From positions 184,236 to 248,235 of IMG/VR virus record IMGVR_UViG_3300028029_000006: DNA of 64,000 nt. The stretch is one strand, 5' to 3'. The stretch is from a virus. Within the stretch, counting starts at the first letter, position 1, and each line of letters begins with the position of its first letter. The notes beneath the pieces are model-generated. The model made no database searches and had not been told where the DNA came from. It worked only from the letters and a program-made list of their open reading frames with translations. Shown here in pieces: positions 1 through 9,699 of the stretch. The position numbers and the translations under genes are program-made.

Positions 1-1
1 T

Positions 2-457
2 TACCAAGTTGAACGCAAAAAACTTAAAAACTTAGAGAGAAATCTTAAGAAAATTGAAAATGATATCAATTTAGCAAAAGGGGTGCAGAGAACTTCTCGG
101 TCAGATATGCTTAAACTTAAAAAAGTATTAAGCAATATGGATCTTGCTGACTGTAATTATGTTATTTTATATGAAGATAGTAATGAGTGTGGTTACATTG
201 TTGATGGAGAAGAACGAAGTTTAGATGTTGATGACGATGGAGAGCTTTCATTTAAATTAATGAAAGAATATCGAAAAGAAAAACGTCAAGCCGAGAAAGA
301 TGCTCAAAATGCTAGATTAGCAGAAGAGACAGCCGACGAAAAAGCTTCAGAAAGCAATTCAGTCTCAGATGAAGAGGAAGAAGGTAAAGAAGAGGAAGAT
401 GAAAATTCTGCCGAAGATGATTTCACTATTCCTAACCTTAGATTTCTGGAAGAATAA
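2..457 (+). CDS. hypothetical protein with acidic C-terminus, 5'-partial
   Basis: Frame is open from base 2, so the gene starts upstream of the window; Glu/Asp-rich tail. Confidence 0.7.
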   Translation, partial: YQVERKKLKNLERNLKKIENDINLAKGVQRTSRSDMLKLKKVLSNMDLADCNYVILYEDSNECGYIVDGEERSLDVDDDGELSFKLMKEYRKEKRQAEKDAQNARLAEETADEKASESNSVSDEEEEGKEEEDENSAEDDFTIPNLRFLEE

Positions 458-801
458 TGTCTATTCGTCCTTCAGGCGCAGTTGTATTTGTTAATAATGA
501 TTTAACAAGTAATGTTCAAAGTTTTATAGTTAAACAACTTCATATTACTGAAGTTATTGATGGTTACACTTTTGATGCTCGCATTGCTTCTGATTCAGAT
601 TATTTAACTAAGTTATGTCAACTTGATCTTAGAATTATGGTTGTTAGATCTTTTGATGAACTAGAAAATCGCTCTCTTGCTAGTGTTGTTATTTTTGTTT
701 CTCATGGTTTAGCGGCCATTTTAGAGAATAAATTAGGGCCACCAGGATTAACCTTCCCAGTTGTTGATTTAACTTGGGGAAAATTATGTGTTTTCAATTG
801 A
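457..801 (+). CDS. hypothetical protein
   Basis: ORF coupled to previous stop (TAATG). Confidence 0.7.
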   Translation: MSIRPSGAVVFVNNDLTSNVQSFIVKQLHITEVIDGYTFDARIASDSDYLTKLCQLDLRIMVVRSFDELENRSLASVVIFVSHGLAAILENKLGPPGLTFPVVDLTWGKLCVFN

Positions 802-828
802 TTATTGCTATTAATTGCACATATTTGC

Positions 829-1647
829 ATGAGATTACATCCTGGCTACGAAAAAAAACCCGAAGATCCGAATTTTATTGATGTTAAGAAAACTCCTTTA
901 GATGAAGGAGCTATTGCTTATTATTTACGCGAAGCTTGGAGAGATATGCATGGTTCATATCCTTCAGAAAATACGCTCGCCATCGCTTGGAGCCAAACAG
1001 TTCTAGAAACTGGCAGAAATGCCCGCTCAATGATGCGTAATAATAACTTTGGTAATATCAAGCTGAATCTTGATTACTCACCCTGCTATACCAGTTATAA
1101 AGCAGGAGAATTCCTTAATGGTAAACACGAATTATTTTATTCATACCATCCTCAAACTATGTTCGCAGCCTGGAGAACTCCATTAGAAGGAGCTTTTGGT
1201 TATTTAACTTTTCTAAGTAAAAGAAAAAGGTATACAAAAGCTTGGGTTGAATTAACTAAGGGTAATACTGTTGGTTATGTTAGAGAACTTAAAGCTGGTG
1301 GTTATTTCACTGCTCCATTAGATAAGTATACTGCAGTTGTTGTAAGGCTTACCAATGAGTTTAAAAAGAAACATGATAAACTTATGCAGTGGACTCCTCC
1401 AACTCCAGAACCAGAGTTTGAAAAGGAGTTAGAGCCTATTGAAGTGGTCATGATAGATGAAGTTGAAGCTCATTCAGAAGAAGAGATTGAGGTGATTATT
1501 GAGTCTCCAATTATTGAAGAACCTGTTGAGACATTAACAGATTTAGTCCCACTCCCACCTGGTGAAACAAAATTAAATTACCTTATTAGAACATTTCATA
1601 TGATCTGGAGCTATGTTGCTCAAATGATTGCTCGTTATAAGAAATAA
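829..1647 (+). CDS. GH73/FlgJ-like glucosaminidase/muramidase (peptidoglycan hydrolase)
   Basis: Motifs SQTVLETG, NNFGNIK, F-x-AW-x-TP-x-EG and LKAGGYFTAP (YxT motif); ATG at 829 preferred. Confidence 0.7.
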   Translation: MRLHPGYEKKPEDPNFIDVKKTPLDEGAIAYYLREAWRDMHGSYPSENTLAIAWSQTVLETGRNARSMMRNNNFGNIKLNLDYSPCYTSYKAGEFLNGKHELFYSYHPQTMFAAWRTPLEGAFGYLTFLSKRKRYTKAWVELTKGNTVGYVRELKAGGYFTAPLDKYTAVVVRLTNEFKKKHDKLMQWTPPTPEPEFEKELEPIEVVMIDEVEAHSEEEIEVIIESPIIEEPVETLTDLVPLPPGETKLNYLIRTFHMIWSYVAQMIARYKK

Positions 1648-1648
1648 T

Positions 1649-2389
1649 ATGAATAAGAAAATTTGTATTAAATGTAATGAACAGAAAAATGTTGAGGGTT
1701 TTAGTTTCAGATCTGATTCAGGAAAATATAATAATACATGTAAAAAATGCAAATGCAACATGACAAAAAAATATTATGAAAATAATACAGATAAAGTTAA
1801 ATATTATCAAAAAAAATATGCTGAAAATAACAAAAGTAAAATTTTAAATAGAAATAAACAATATTATGAAGATAATAAAATTGAAATTAATATTAAAAAT
1901 ACAGAAAGACGTAAAAAGAACCCTAATTATCAAAAGGAAAATTATAGGAAAAACATAAAAGATAGGCATTTATACTCAAAAGAGTATAGAAACAGACCTT
2001 ATGTTAAAAAAAGAAGAAACGAGAACAGGAGAAATAGGTTAAAAAACGACATTGAATATAGACTAAAGTGTAGAGCCAGTTCTTCTATAAGAAAATACCT
2101 TAGGAAAAATGGATATTATAAAAATGGCGGCTCTTTTTTTAAGAATATTAATTATACACCAACAGAACTCAAAAATCATTTAGAAAGTAAATTTGAAAAA
2201 TGGATGACTTGGGATAATTGGGGTGTTTATAAAATAGGAGAAGAGAGAAGGTGGAATATAGATCATATCATACCACAACGTGAGTTATTTTATGATTCTA
2301 TGAAGCATCCTAATTTTAAAAAATGTTGGAGTTTGGAAAATTTGAGACCTTTAGACGGTTTAGAAAATATACAGAGGAATTATGAGTAA
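1649..2389 (+). CDS. HNH homing endonuclease with N-terminal Zn finger
   Basis: CxxC..CxxC, basic helical region, then WNIDHIIP...CWSLENLRPL..N. Confidence 0.8.
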   Translation: MNKKICIKCNEQKNVEGFSFRSDSGKYNNTCKKCKCNMTKKYYENNTDKVKYYQKKYAENNKSKILNRNKQYYEDNKIEINIKNTERRKKNPNYQKENYRKNIKDRHLYSKEYRNRPYVKKRRNENRRNRLKNDIEYRLKCRASSSIRKYLRKNGYYKNGGSFFKNINYTPTELKNHLESKFEKWMTWDNWGVYKIGEERRWNIDHIIPQRELFYDSMKHPNFKKCWSLENLRPLDGLENIQRNYE

Positions 2390-3176
2390 AAATACATCAA
2401 TCAAAGTTTGTGGAGAAAGTTTTGATACAGGAGTTAGAGTTGTCCTTTGGGATGAACCAGATGGACTTAATTTTTATCCCGCTAGAAAGTTTCATGCAAG
2501 AGATTGGGGTCTTGAAGAAGCAAGAAAAAAAATAAAAGCTTTCTACATCCATCATAGTGTCACATTTACGGCTCACTCTACTTTTCGCGGACTCAAAGCT
2601 CGTGGACTTTCATGCAACCTTATGATTGATGATGACATTGACCCCGAGACCGGAGCAGCCACCATTTACCAAATGTTGGATATAAAAGACGGAGGATGGT
2701 CTCAGGGAGGGGTTCATAATCATAACGGAGCAGGAGTGGAGATATGTTACTACCCCGACTCTTGGAGAAAACCATCTCGTTATTCATCTTACAACAGAAA
2801 ACGTTTTGGAGTACATAAGCATCCAGTTGTTTCAGATACGATTCATGGTCATCACTTTAAAAAATGTTGGGGGCCAACTGCGGCTCAAGTTAAAGCTTGC
2901 AATCATTTAGCCGCAGCTTATTGTTTAGCTTTTCCAGATCTTCCTAGAGCATTTCCTAGAGATGATGATGGCAAATTGATTTCCACAGTAGTACCAATGG
3001 AAAAAAGAGTTGGTTTATTGCATCATTATCATGTTAAACGTGGAAAAGTTGATGCAATGGGATTTCCTACAGATCAATCAGAAAAAGATATTAATGAATT
3101 AGTTAGAAAAGCTGAGTTAGATTCAAATCTTAGACGTGATAATGTTATTGACACTTTAAAAAAATCTGGTGAATAA
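2382..3176 (+). CDS. N-acetylmuramoyl-L-alanine amidase (Amidase_2-like)
   Basis: IHHS, S-x-NLMIDDD, IYQMLD, N..GVEI and HHYHV..KVD Zn-amidase pattern. Confidence 0.75.
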   Translation: MSKNTSIKVCGESFDTGVRVVLWDEPDGLNFYPARKFHARDWGLEEARKKIKAFYIHHSVTFTAHSTFRGLKARGLSCNLMIDDDIDPETGAATIYQMLDIKDGGWSQGGVHNHNGAGVEICYYPDSWRKPSRYSSYNRKRFGVHKHPVVSDTIHGHHFKKCWGPTAAQVKACNHLAAAYCLAFPDLPRAFPRDDDGKLISTVVPMEKRVGLLHHYHVKRGKVDAMGFPTDQSEKDINELVRKAELDSNLRRDNVIDTLKKSGE

Positions 3177-3178
3177 TT

Positions 3179-4015
3179 ATGGATCAATCAACTGCCGTTA
3201 AGCAACTTCAGAAAGTGTTTAATACATTTCCTTGGGATGAATTAGGTAAACCAAGACCAAATTTGTCTTTGGATGGAATTTTTCAAGGCAAAACAAGACA
3301 ATATGCTGAGTATTTAAAGCAAGTTGGTGAAGATTTTAATGAACCAAATCTTAAAAAGATGACTCAGTATATTCTTCAAGAAGATTTTGACAATGCTCAG
3401 TCAGTTGCCTATGTTGCCAAGAGCCAATTAGATAACGCTCTTCATCAATTTAGAAAAATACCATCTGAATTAATTGAAAAGCATCCTGATTTACGTAGGT
3501 GGACTCAAGAAGAAATGAAAAACTATATGAGAACATCTTCTTATCCAGGATATTTCCCAAAACCATGGGCTTTATCAAGACTTGGAAAAAGAGATTTTGG
3601 TGGAAAATGGAATTGTACAGGACCAAAATGTCAAGCTTCTTATTATGAAGAGTTTATGAATTGGAGGCCAGGTTCAAATGGCATTGGTGGTATTTATGAT
3701 CCTAGATTGTATCGTAATATGGATAAGCATCCTAAAGTATGGTCAAATAAAATGATGAAGCAAAGAATAAGAGATAAGACTTCATCACCTCATATACCTT
3801 CACCTGGAATAGGTCATTGGATTGATATTAAAAGTTTACCTGCAGGCAAAGTCTTTTTAGATAAAGAAGATGAAGTTGAATATATGAGATTGCTTAATCT
3901 TTATAAGCAATTTGTTCAAGAGGAAAAAGAAAGAGGGACGGCAATTATTTTACCGCCCCCAACTACTAAAATAGCTAAATTAACTGGTAAATTAGTTAAG
4001 AAATATTATCTTTAG
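3179..4015 (+). CDS. hypothetical protein with peptidoglycan-binding-like N-terminus
   Basis: AVKQLQ...LDGIFQGKT resembles the PG_binding_1 motif DGxFGxxT. Confidence 0.45.
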   Translation: MDQSTAVKQLQKVFNTFPWDELGKPRPNLSLDGIFQGKTRQYAEYLKQVGEDFNEPNLKKMTQYILQEDFDNAQSVAYVAKSQLDNALHQFRKIPSELIEKHPDLRRWTQEEMKNYMRTSSYPGYFPKPWALSRLGKRDFGGKWNCTGPKCQASYYEEFMNWRPGSNGIGGIYDPRLYRNMDKHPKVWSNKMMKQRIRDKTSSPHIPSPGIGHWIDIKSLPAGKVFLDKEDEVEYMRLLNLYKQFVQEEKERGTAIILPPPTTKIAKLTGKLVKKYYL

Positions 4016-4823
4016 AACCTAATGACCACATATCAGGATCGAAACTGAGGTCTAAGAGCGGCTCAAGTTGTTCTGGACCTTTTTGTCTTAAGTATTTAAG
4101 CACCCCTTCATGATGAAGCAAAGGCGCCAACTCAGGATCAGCAGCTAAATCATGTAAATCTACTTCTTCTGAAGTTCCATCTGGTCTTTTTAGAGTAGCC
4201 ATTCTGTGCATTAATCTAATTGTTTGAGAAGGGTCTAGGTGAGTTCCTCTATGTCGAAAGCCAGGACGTTGCCAACACTTAACTCCTGGTGTTATTCCGG
4301 GCCCTGAAGCGTTTGTTCCACACCATCCGTAATTACATGCGATCCAAGCTCCATGAAGCTTTCCTGCACCTACCAGAGCGTTTATTAAACACCAATATTT
4401 TCCAACACAAGATACTAATTTGGAACCATCATCTCCACCTAATGATTTGATTTTATTTTCAATTGCATCATGAACCCATTCAATATTGCAAGTCGCAACA
4501 ATATGTCCATTAATATTAACAATTGAATCAAGTTTTAGTTCTGCTTGAAGCCAAATAAGATCAATAACTTTTGGAGTCATTAACATGCAACTTAAAAGAT
4601 CTGCAATTTCTTGTAGTTCATAAGCACTGGCCGGTAATCTGACTCCATTTCTTGTTTCGGTAGTTAATGTTACATTTCTATTATATTTAAGATTAGGGAC
4701 ATTGTTAAATTTCATAGCATCCCTAAATACCTTAATTTCTAATTCATAATCATTATGTTTTGAAACAACAGTTTTGAATTCATAATAAGCTTTACCTTCT
4801 TTGACTAATTTAACTATGTCCAT
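3996..4823 (-). CDS. conserved hypothetical protein, paralog of 17004..17813
   Basis: Shared motifs R(L/I)P..Q.IAD, D.IW..A..KL, YGW, H...H..(S/G)..RL. Confidence 0.65.
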   Translation of the reverse strand: MDIVKLVKEGKAYYEFKTVVSKHNDYELEIKVFRDAMKFNNVPNLKYNRNVTLTTETRNGVRLPASAYELQEIADLLSCMLMTPKVIDLIWLQAELKLDSIVNINGHIVATCNIEWVHDAIENKIKSLGGDDGSKLVSCVGKYWCLINALVGAGKLHGAWIACNYGWCGTNASGPGITPGVKCWQRPGFRHRGTHLDPSQTIRLMHRMATLKRPDGTSEEVDLHDLAADPELAPLLHHEGVLKYLRQKGPEQLEPLLDLSFDPDMWSLGSKDNIS

Positions 4824-4837
4824 ATTTACATGTTTAG

Positions 4838-5308
4838 TTAGGCATAATTTTCAGTAATTTGTGCTACTTTTCTATCAAAAGCTATTTTGGTTAGCAATTC
4901 ATTATTAATGAAATAATATTTTTCCCCATTTGCTAACTCAACAGCTGCCCCATTAATTCTATGTAATTTATCATTTACATACCATTGTTTGTCCCCATTT
5001 ACATGTTCATAAGCTGGACCATTTTTTCTATTAAGCTTTCCATTCACAAACCAAGATTTAGATCCGTCAGGCCATTCAGCTGCAGGTTCATCATTATCTC
5101 TATGTTGTTTACCATTAATAAACCAGTGCTTATCTCCATTTGCCTATTTAATAGCTGGTTTATTATCTTCTCTATGAAGGTTGCCATTTATATACCAACG
5201 TTTAGAGCCATCTGCCCAAATACTAGCAGGTTTGTCATTTCCTCTATGAAGTTTACCTTTTAGAAACCAATTTTCTTTTTTGTTTTTAATTTTAACTGTA
5301 TATTTCAT
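4838..5308 (-). pseudogene. HRENDLPA-repeat gene with one in-frame TAG
   Basis: ATG at 5308 coupled to upstream stop; repeat frame continuous except for TAG at 5146-5144 (KPAIK*ANGDK). Confidence 0.75.
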
Positions 5309-5763
5309 TATTTTACCTCATAAAGTTTTACACTAATGCCTTGTTTAATTAAATTTTCTTCAACCAAAGGAAGTAACTGATCCCAAAGCTCATCTTTATG
5401 AAAATGAACGGTGCTTCCATAATCTTCTGCCAAACCTTTTAAACTTAAAAGACAAGACTTTGCGGTATCTTCATCCAATTTATCTTCATGAATTGTTATT
5501 AAGTTAACAACAATTAAATCGCTTCGAATTCCAATATCTTGAATTAAACCTAATTTGAAATATTTTTGGGATATGTACCCTCTTCTATATTCTAATTTAG
5601 CTTTAGGCCATCTTTTTTCAAGGGCTAGATGGAATTCATTATTTTCGTCCCAATCTCCAGAATCATCAACTAAGTTAGCAACAATTCTATGACCTCCCGC
5701 TTCAGGCAAAGAAGCATCTCCGGTCATATTTTTTATTTTTCCTGGTGTAATTCCTGTTAGCAT
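5308..5763 (-). CDS. macro-domain-like protein (divergent)
   Basis: TGDASLP..G.RIVANLVDDSGDW..F..AL..RWP....YR resembles the GDAT-P/ND-G-W macro subfamily. Confidence 0.6.
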   Translation of the reverse strand: MLTGITPGKIKNMTGDASLPEAGGHRIVANLVDDSGDWDENNEFHLALEKRWPKAKLEYRRGYISQKYFKLGLIQDIGIRSDLIVVNLITIHEDKLDEDTAKSCLLSLKGLAEDYGSTVHFHKDELWDQLLPLVEENLIKQGISVKLYEVK

Positions 5764-6305
5764 AATTTTATTATCTCTATGTGTTTAATTTGTTTTTTTG
5801 CTGCTTCTGATAAAGGCCAATCAAATACCCAAGCTGGATTATTAGAAACAGGTTTATGTTGATCTAATATATCAGTCGCTCCTTGTTTTTTACTTTTAAT
5901 CATTTCTATAACAGATAATATAGCACTAATACCACTTGATAATACTGGAGCATTAATCCAATCATCTCCATCAAAAGCTATGAATCTTAATCTAGAATCA
6001 TGTCCAAAGAACCAAACAAAACAGAGGTCTTCATCCCCAGTTACAAAAACTCTACAACTGATATTAGCTATATCTTTAGGTTTAGCTTTATAGTAAAGAT
6101 CTGTAACAACTTTTTTATATGATTTATTTTCAAATGAATCTATTCTTTTGTTGCTACAAATCCTAATAAAGTTACCTAAATTATCTCCCCATTTTAACCA
6201 ACCTTTATTTAAAGGTCTTAAATCACAAAATCTAATAACGCTTTCAATATCTTTATGATTTTTTAAGAAAGCTTTTGCACTTTGAATAGCTCTTCCTCTT
6301 TTCAT
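5757..6305 (-). CDS. hypothetical protein
   Basis: ORF overlapping its neighbours in an operon. Confidence 0.65.
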   Translation of the reverse strand: MKRGRAIQSAKAFLKNHKDIESVIRFCDLRPLNKGWLKWGDNLGNFIRICSNKRIDSFENKSYKKVVTDLYYKAKPKDIANISCRVFVTGDEDLCFVWFFGHDSRLRFIAFDGDDWINAPVLSSGISAILSVIEMIKSKKQGATDILDQHKPVSNNPAWVFDWPLSEAAKKQIKHIEIIKLC

Positions 6306-6811
6306 AGTTTACTAGTATTCTCTAAAAGATATAAGAATAATTCATCAGAAGTTTTATAGCCATGAATTCTATCTGTTTTAGATTTACTAGCAGGATCTCT
6401 TGGTTTTAATATAAAAACCATTGGAACTCTATCTACTTCAAATCTTTCAACTGACTCCTCATCCATGTCTTCTGTATTAATTTTAAAAGCGTAATATTTT
6501 TTGTTAATGATTTGAACTAAACCTCTATCAGTAAAAGTTTCATCAATCATTTTTTTACAATAAATACAATAATCATTATAAAAGAAAATGAAAATTAATT
6601 TATCTTCCTTAATTGCTTTGTCAATATATGCTGTTATTAAGTTTTTTCTCCAATGAACTCTTGTAACTTCAGTAGGAGCCTCTCTTGGAATAGTTCCAGG
6701 CTTAGCTGTAGGCACCGTGAAAGGTTGCTTTTCATCATATGTTAAAAAAGGGTTAACTGTGGCACAACTTGTTAAAATAAGCAACAATAACAGTGAAAAA
6801 AATCTCTTCAC
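6302..6811 (-). CDS. thioredoxin-fold lipoprotein
   Basis: Lipobox LTSC; CIYC motif; cis-Pro RVPM; RIHGY. Confidence 0.75.
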   Translation of the reverse strand: MKRFFSLLLLLILTSCATVNPFLTYDEKQPFTVPTAKPGTIPREAPTEVTRVHWRKNLITAYIDKAIKEDKLIFIFFYNDYCIYCKKMIDETFTDRGLVQIINKKYYAFKINTEDMDEESVERFEVDRVPMVFILKPRDPASKSKTDRIHGYKTSDELFLYLLENTSKL

Positions 6812-7455
6812 TTAGACACCTCATAAAAGCCTCTAAGAGTTAAGCAAATGTTACCTTGAAATTCTCCTTGAAATGTAATTGGTAAAGCATGTTCTGAATA
6901 AGTGTTGCCTTGTTTTTTAACAACCACAAACATAACAGCTGGAGTTTGGACATAATCACTTGGCAACCAAACTAATTGTTTTCCAGATGTTTTTCTAAGA
7001 AATTGATAACCTTTTCTTCCAACCAAAATAGGCACATAATGATTTCTTAATTCATCTTGAGCACATTTACTATCAAGTTTATCGGATAAATCTTTTGTTA
7101 GTTTAATAGATAATTTATCTTGCTTATCAACCATAACAATTAACAGCATTTTACCTTCATCTCCAGCTTTTTTAATAGCTAGAAAGAAGTTACTCTCATT
7201 ATACCAGACAACTTCTTCAGGAGTTTTTGTTTTCTTATCATAACAAGGTTCACATGGGCTTTTAGGCAAACCAAACCACTTTGGGCATATACATTCTAAG
7301 GGACACTCTGGAAAAGCGTGGCCAGGCATATTTGTTAAAGGGATATCTGTTAAACCAATTAATTCTTTTTCAAAATTTGGTTGAAGTTGAGTTGGTGGAA
7401 GAATATAACATGATGTTGTTAAAAACAAAACAAGAAATAGAAATAATTTTTTCAT
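6808..7455 (-). CDS. thioredoxin-like lipoprotein without CXXC
   Basis: Lipobox TTSC; W..AIKKA..EGKMLLIV and TPAV paralogous to neighbour. Confidence 0.55.
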   Translation of the reverse strand: MKKLFLFLVLFLTTSCYILPPTQLQPNFEKELIGLTDIPLTNMPGHAFPECPLECICPKWFGLPKSPCEPCYDKKTKTPEEVVWYNESNFFLAIKKAGDEGKMLLIVMVDKQDKLSIKLTKDLSDKLDSKCAQDELRNHYVPILVGRKGYQFLRKTSGKQLVWLPSDYVQTPAVMFVVVKKQGNTYSEHALPITFQGEFQGNICLTLRGFYEVSK

Positions 7456-7459
7456 GATT

Positions 7460-8161
7460 TTACCTTACTAAGCCGGGGATTTGTTTTAAGTTACATATTG
7501 GTATATTAACTTGTTTATGTTTGGTTAACTTCTCTGATTGATTTAACTTGGCGATTATTTTCCTTTGTCTAGAAGTAAACCGTCCCCAATCACGAGTTTT
7601 TGTTGGATCAATATTGGAAGATAAAATCCCGGTAATATTTTCTTCTTTTAATGCCCACCGGATTTCTTCAAAAGTAAATTCATTTGGAGATTCTGTATTA
7701 AATATTTGCTCTTGATTATATATATTGTTTTCATTTAACATTTCGAACATTTGTTTAATTTCTAATAAATTTAAATTAGCCAATGGTAAAATATCTCCAG
7801 TAGACCATTTTTTATAAAGCCTAGCTTCATACCATTCTTGAGATAACCAACCAACTACAATTCCATTATCCATTGAAGCAAGATTATCTAACATAGCACC
7901 ACCAATTTCTAAATCTAATTCAATATTTGGTATTAAAATTTTTGCTTTGAATAAATCTGAAAATGAACTATCTAAATCATTATAATCTTCTGTAATAAAT
8001 CCAGTGTTAACACCTGATTTAAAGCACAAAATAGCAGTAGTTAATGAAGCTATATTATCTGTTTCTAATTTTACAACTAATGAATTTTTATTATGATCTT
8101 TGACGTAAGATCTTATCCATTCAACTGTTTTTTTAATTGTTTTATAAACATTAATAAGCAT
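7460..8161 (-). CDS. degenerate NAD synthetase (NadE)-like protein
   Basis: VEWIRSYV..N.NSLVV, GDILPLANL..EIKQ, TKHK pattern; SGGxDS PP-loop absent. Confidence 0.5.
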   Translation of the reverse strand: MLINVYKTIKKTVEWIRSYVKDHNKNSLVVKLETDNIASLTTAILCFKSGVNTGFITEDYNDLDSSFSDLFKAKILIPNIELDLEIGGAMLDNLASMDNGIVVGWLSQEWYEARLYKKWSTGDILPLANLNLLEIKQMFEMLNENNIYNQEQIFNTESPNEFTFEEIRWALKEENITGILSSNIDPTKTRDWGRFTSRQRKIIAKLNQSEKLTKHKQVNIPICNLKQIPGLVR

Positions 8162-8162
8162 T

Positions 8163-8345
8163 TCAGTAGCCTCCAGAATTAAACCATCCACTACCTTTTA
8201 GAACGAATCCATTTCCTTTTGATATTAATCTTTGTGCGGTTTCTTTTTCACATTCAGGACAAATGGTTATTGTATCATCACTTATTTTCTGCATCTCTTG
8301 CCAACAATGTTCACAATCTTTGCATTTGTATTCATATGTAATCAT
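8163..8345 (-). CDS. FmdB-family zinc ribbon protein
   Basis: YEYKCxxC..CPEC..RLIS..F.LKGSGW. Confidence 0.85.
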   Translation of the reverse strand: MITYEYKCKDCEHCWQEMQKISDDTITICPECEKETAQRLISKGNGFVLKGSGWFNSGGY

Positions 8346-8447
8346 ATTCTTCTCTATCTTTTAATATAACGTCAAAAAAAAAGATGACGAAATGCGTCAT
8401 CATAAGTTAATTGTCTAATGAACGTATAAGCGTTCTACTGGTAGCAT

Positions 8448-8924
8448 TTATAGTAGTGCTGCTGCTAAAGATCCAAGTAGCGTAAAAACACCACCGGCAA
8501 TAGTTATATATAATTTCCATTTACCATCAGATTCAGTAGGTTTCTTCTGAGTAACAAACTCTTTCTTGGAAACCAAAACGTCAACCTTCTGTTCTAAAAG
8601 CGCTACTTTTATATTTACTTGACTTCCGGCATCTGAATCTTTACTAACATACTCTTTAATATCTTTAACTGACTGTTCTAATAATGCTAATCTGGTTAAG
8701 ACTGAACCAGAATTGCCGCCTTCTCTAATGATTGCTGATAAACTCCTAACATTTTCAACTAGGTGTTTTAAATCTGCCTGTATGACAGCGGCACAAACTT
8801 TACTTTCTCTAATCTCATCAAGAAGTGCTTGGACTTGTTTAGCTGTTTGATTTAATTCTTGAATAAAATCTTCAATTAAATCTTTTTCAGCTGCTGATAC
8901 TTTCTTTTCCTCCGGCTGCATCAT
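8448..8924 (-). CDS. coiled-coil protein with C-terminal membrane anchor
   Basis: Heptad pattern and hydrophobic C-terminus. Confidence 0.6.
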   Translation of the reverse strand: MMQPEEKKVSAAEKDLIEDFIQELNQTAKQVQALLDEIRESKVCAAVIQADLKHLVENVRSLSAIIREGGNSGSVLTRLALLEQSVKDIKEYVSKDSDAGSQVNIKVALLEQKVDVLVSKKEFVTQKKPTESDGKWKLYITIAGGVFTLLGSLAAALL

Positions 8925-9141
8925 GCAATTCTCCAAGTATAGTGTTAATTTCTTTAAAAGCTTTATTACACTCTGTTTCCATCATTTTTCTTTTCCCATA
9001 ATCATCTGAAACTTCTTTATTTAATATCCTTAGCTGCTTTCTTAATTTAATTAACTTAGCCATTCTAATAGACATAACGTTATCACCTTTTGAGGTTGAA
9101 CTATCTTCTGTATAACTTAAAATTTTAGCTTCTTGATTCAT
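8887..9141 (-). CDS. hypothetical protein
   Basis: ORF in minus-strand operon. Confidence 0.55.
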   Translation of the reverse strand: MNQEAKILSYTEDSSTSKGDNVMSIRMAKLIKLRKQLRILNKEVSDDYGKRKMMETECNKAFKEINTILGELHDAAGGKESISS

Positions 9142-9186
9142 TATTTATGGTTATATGATGCAATACATTTAGATGACTAAAAATGC

Positions 9187-9699
9187 CTATTCTTCTTCCA
9201 TCAAAATTTTAATTAAACCATCTTTTTTGAATTTTGGATGAATTATTTTTGACAAAATTATAAACTCCTTATTAAATTTCAAAACATACTCTTCAAGAAC
9301 CATATCTGACCAATTTTCCATGACTTTACGTATCATTTTTTGAGGTCTTGATCCTAAGCCTCTGCCAAAAACTTTACTTTGTAAATTCTCAGCTATTTCT
9401 AACAACTGTTCAGGGTTTAAATGGCTCATCATATGGCTAATATTATTTTTCTTAATAGGATTAGATAAATACTTATCAGGTCCTTTAGCTAATAATATAG
9501 ATAAACTTAATGGTATCATATCAAAAGAAGCTACTATTACTATTGATTGAAGCAAATAGTCTGGATATATATCAGCAGAATGTTTTATTAACTCTATAGC
9601 TAATCTAACTTCTAGATCTGATATCTCACCATCATCAGATTTATTATACCTCCCGGTTTCTAAAAGCTGATTTAACCTATCTTGCCATTCTTTTTTCAT
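9187..9699 (-). CDS. short TROVE (Ro60)-like protein
   Basis: FGRGLGS..K..RK...W....L..Y.LKF.....L....HPK resembles the TROVE helical region; no vWA domain. Confidence 0.45.
   Translation of the reverse strand: MKKEWQDRLNQLLETGRYNKSDDGEISDLEVRLAIELIKHSADIYPDYLLQSIVIVASFDMIPLSLSILLAKGPDKYLSNPIKKNNISHMMSHLNPEQLLEIAENLQSKVFGRGLGSRPQKMIRKVMENWSDMVLEEYVLKFNKEFIILSKIIHPKFKKDGLIKILMEEE

Noticed and set aside
5144-5146. TAG recoding (genetic code 15)
   Set aside because: Isolated case; many genes end cleanly at TAG, coding density is high in code 11, and no suppressor tRNA was seen
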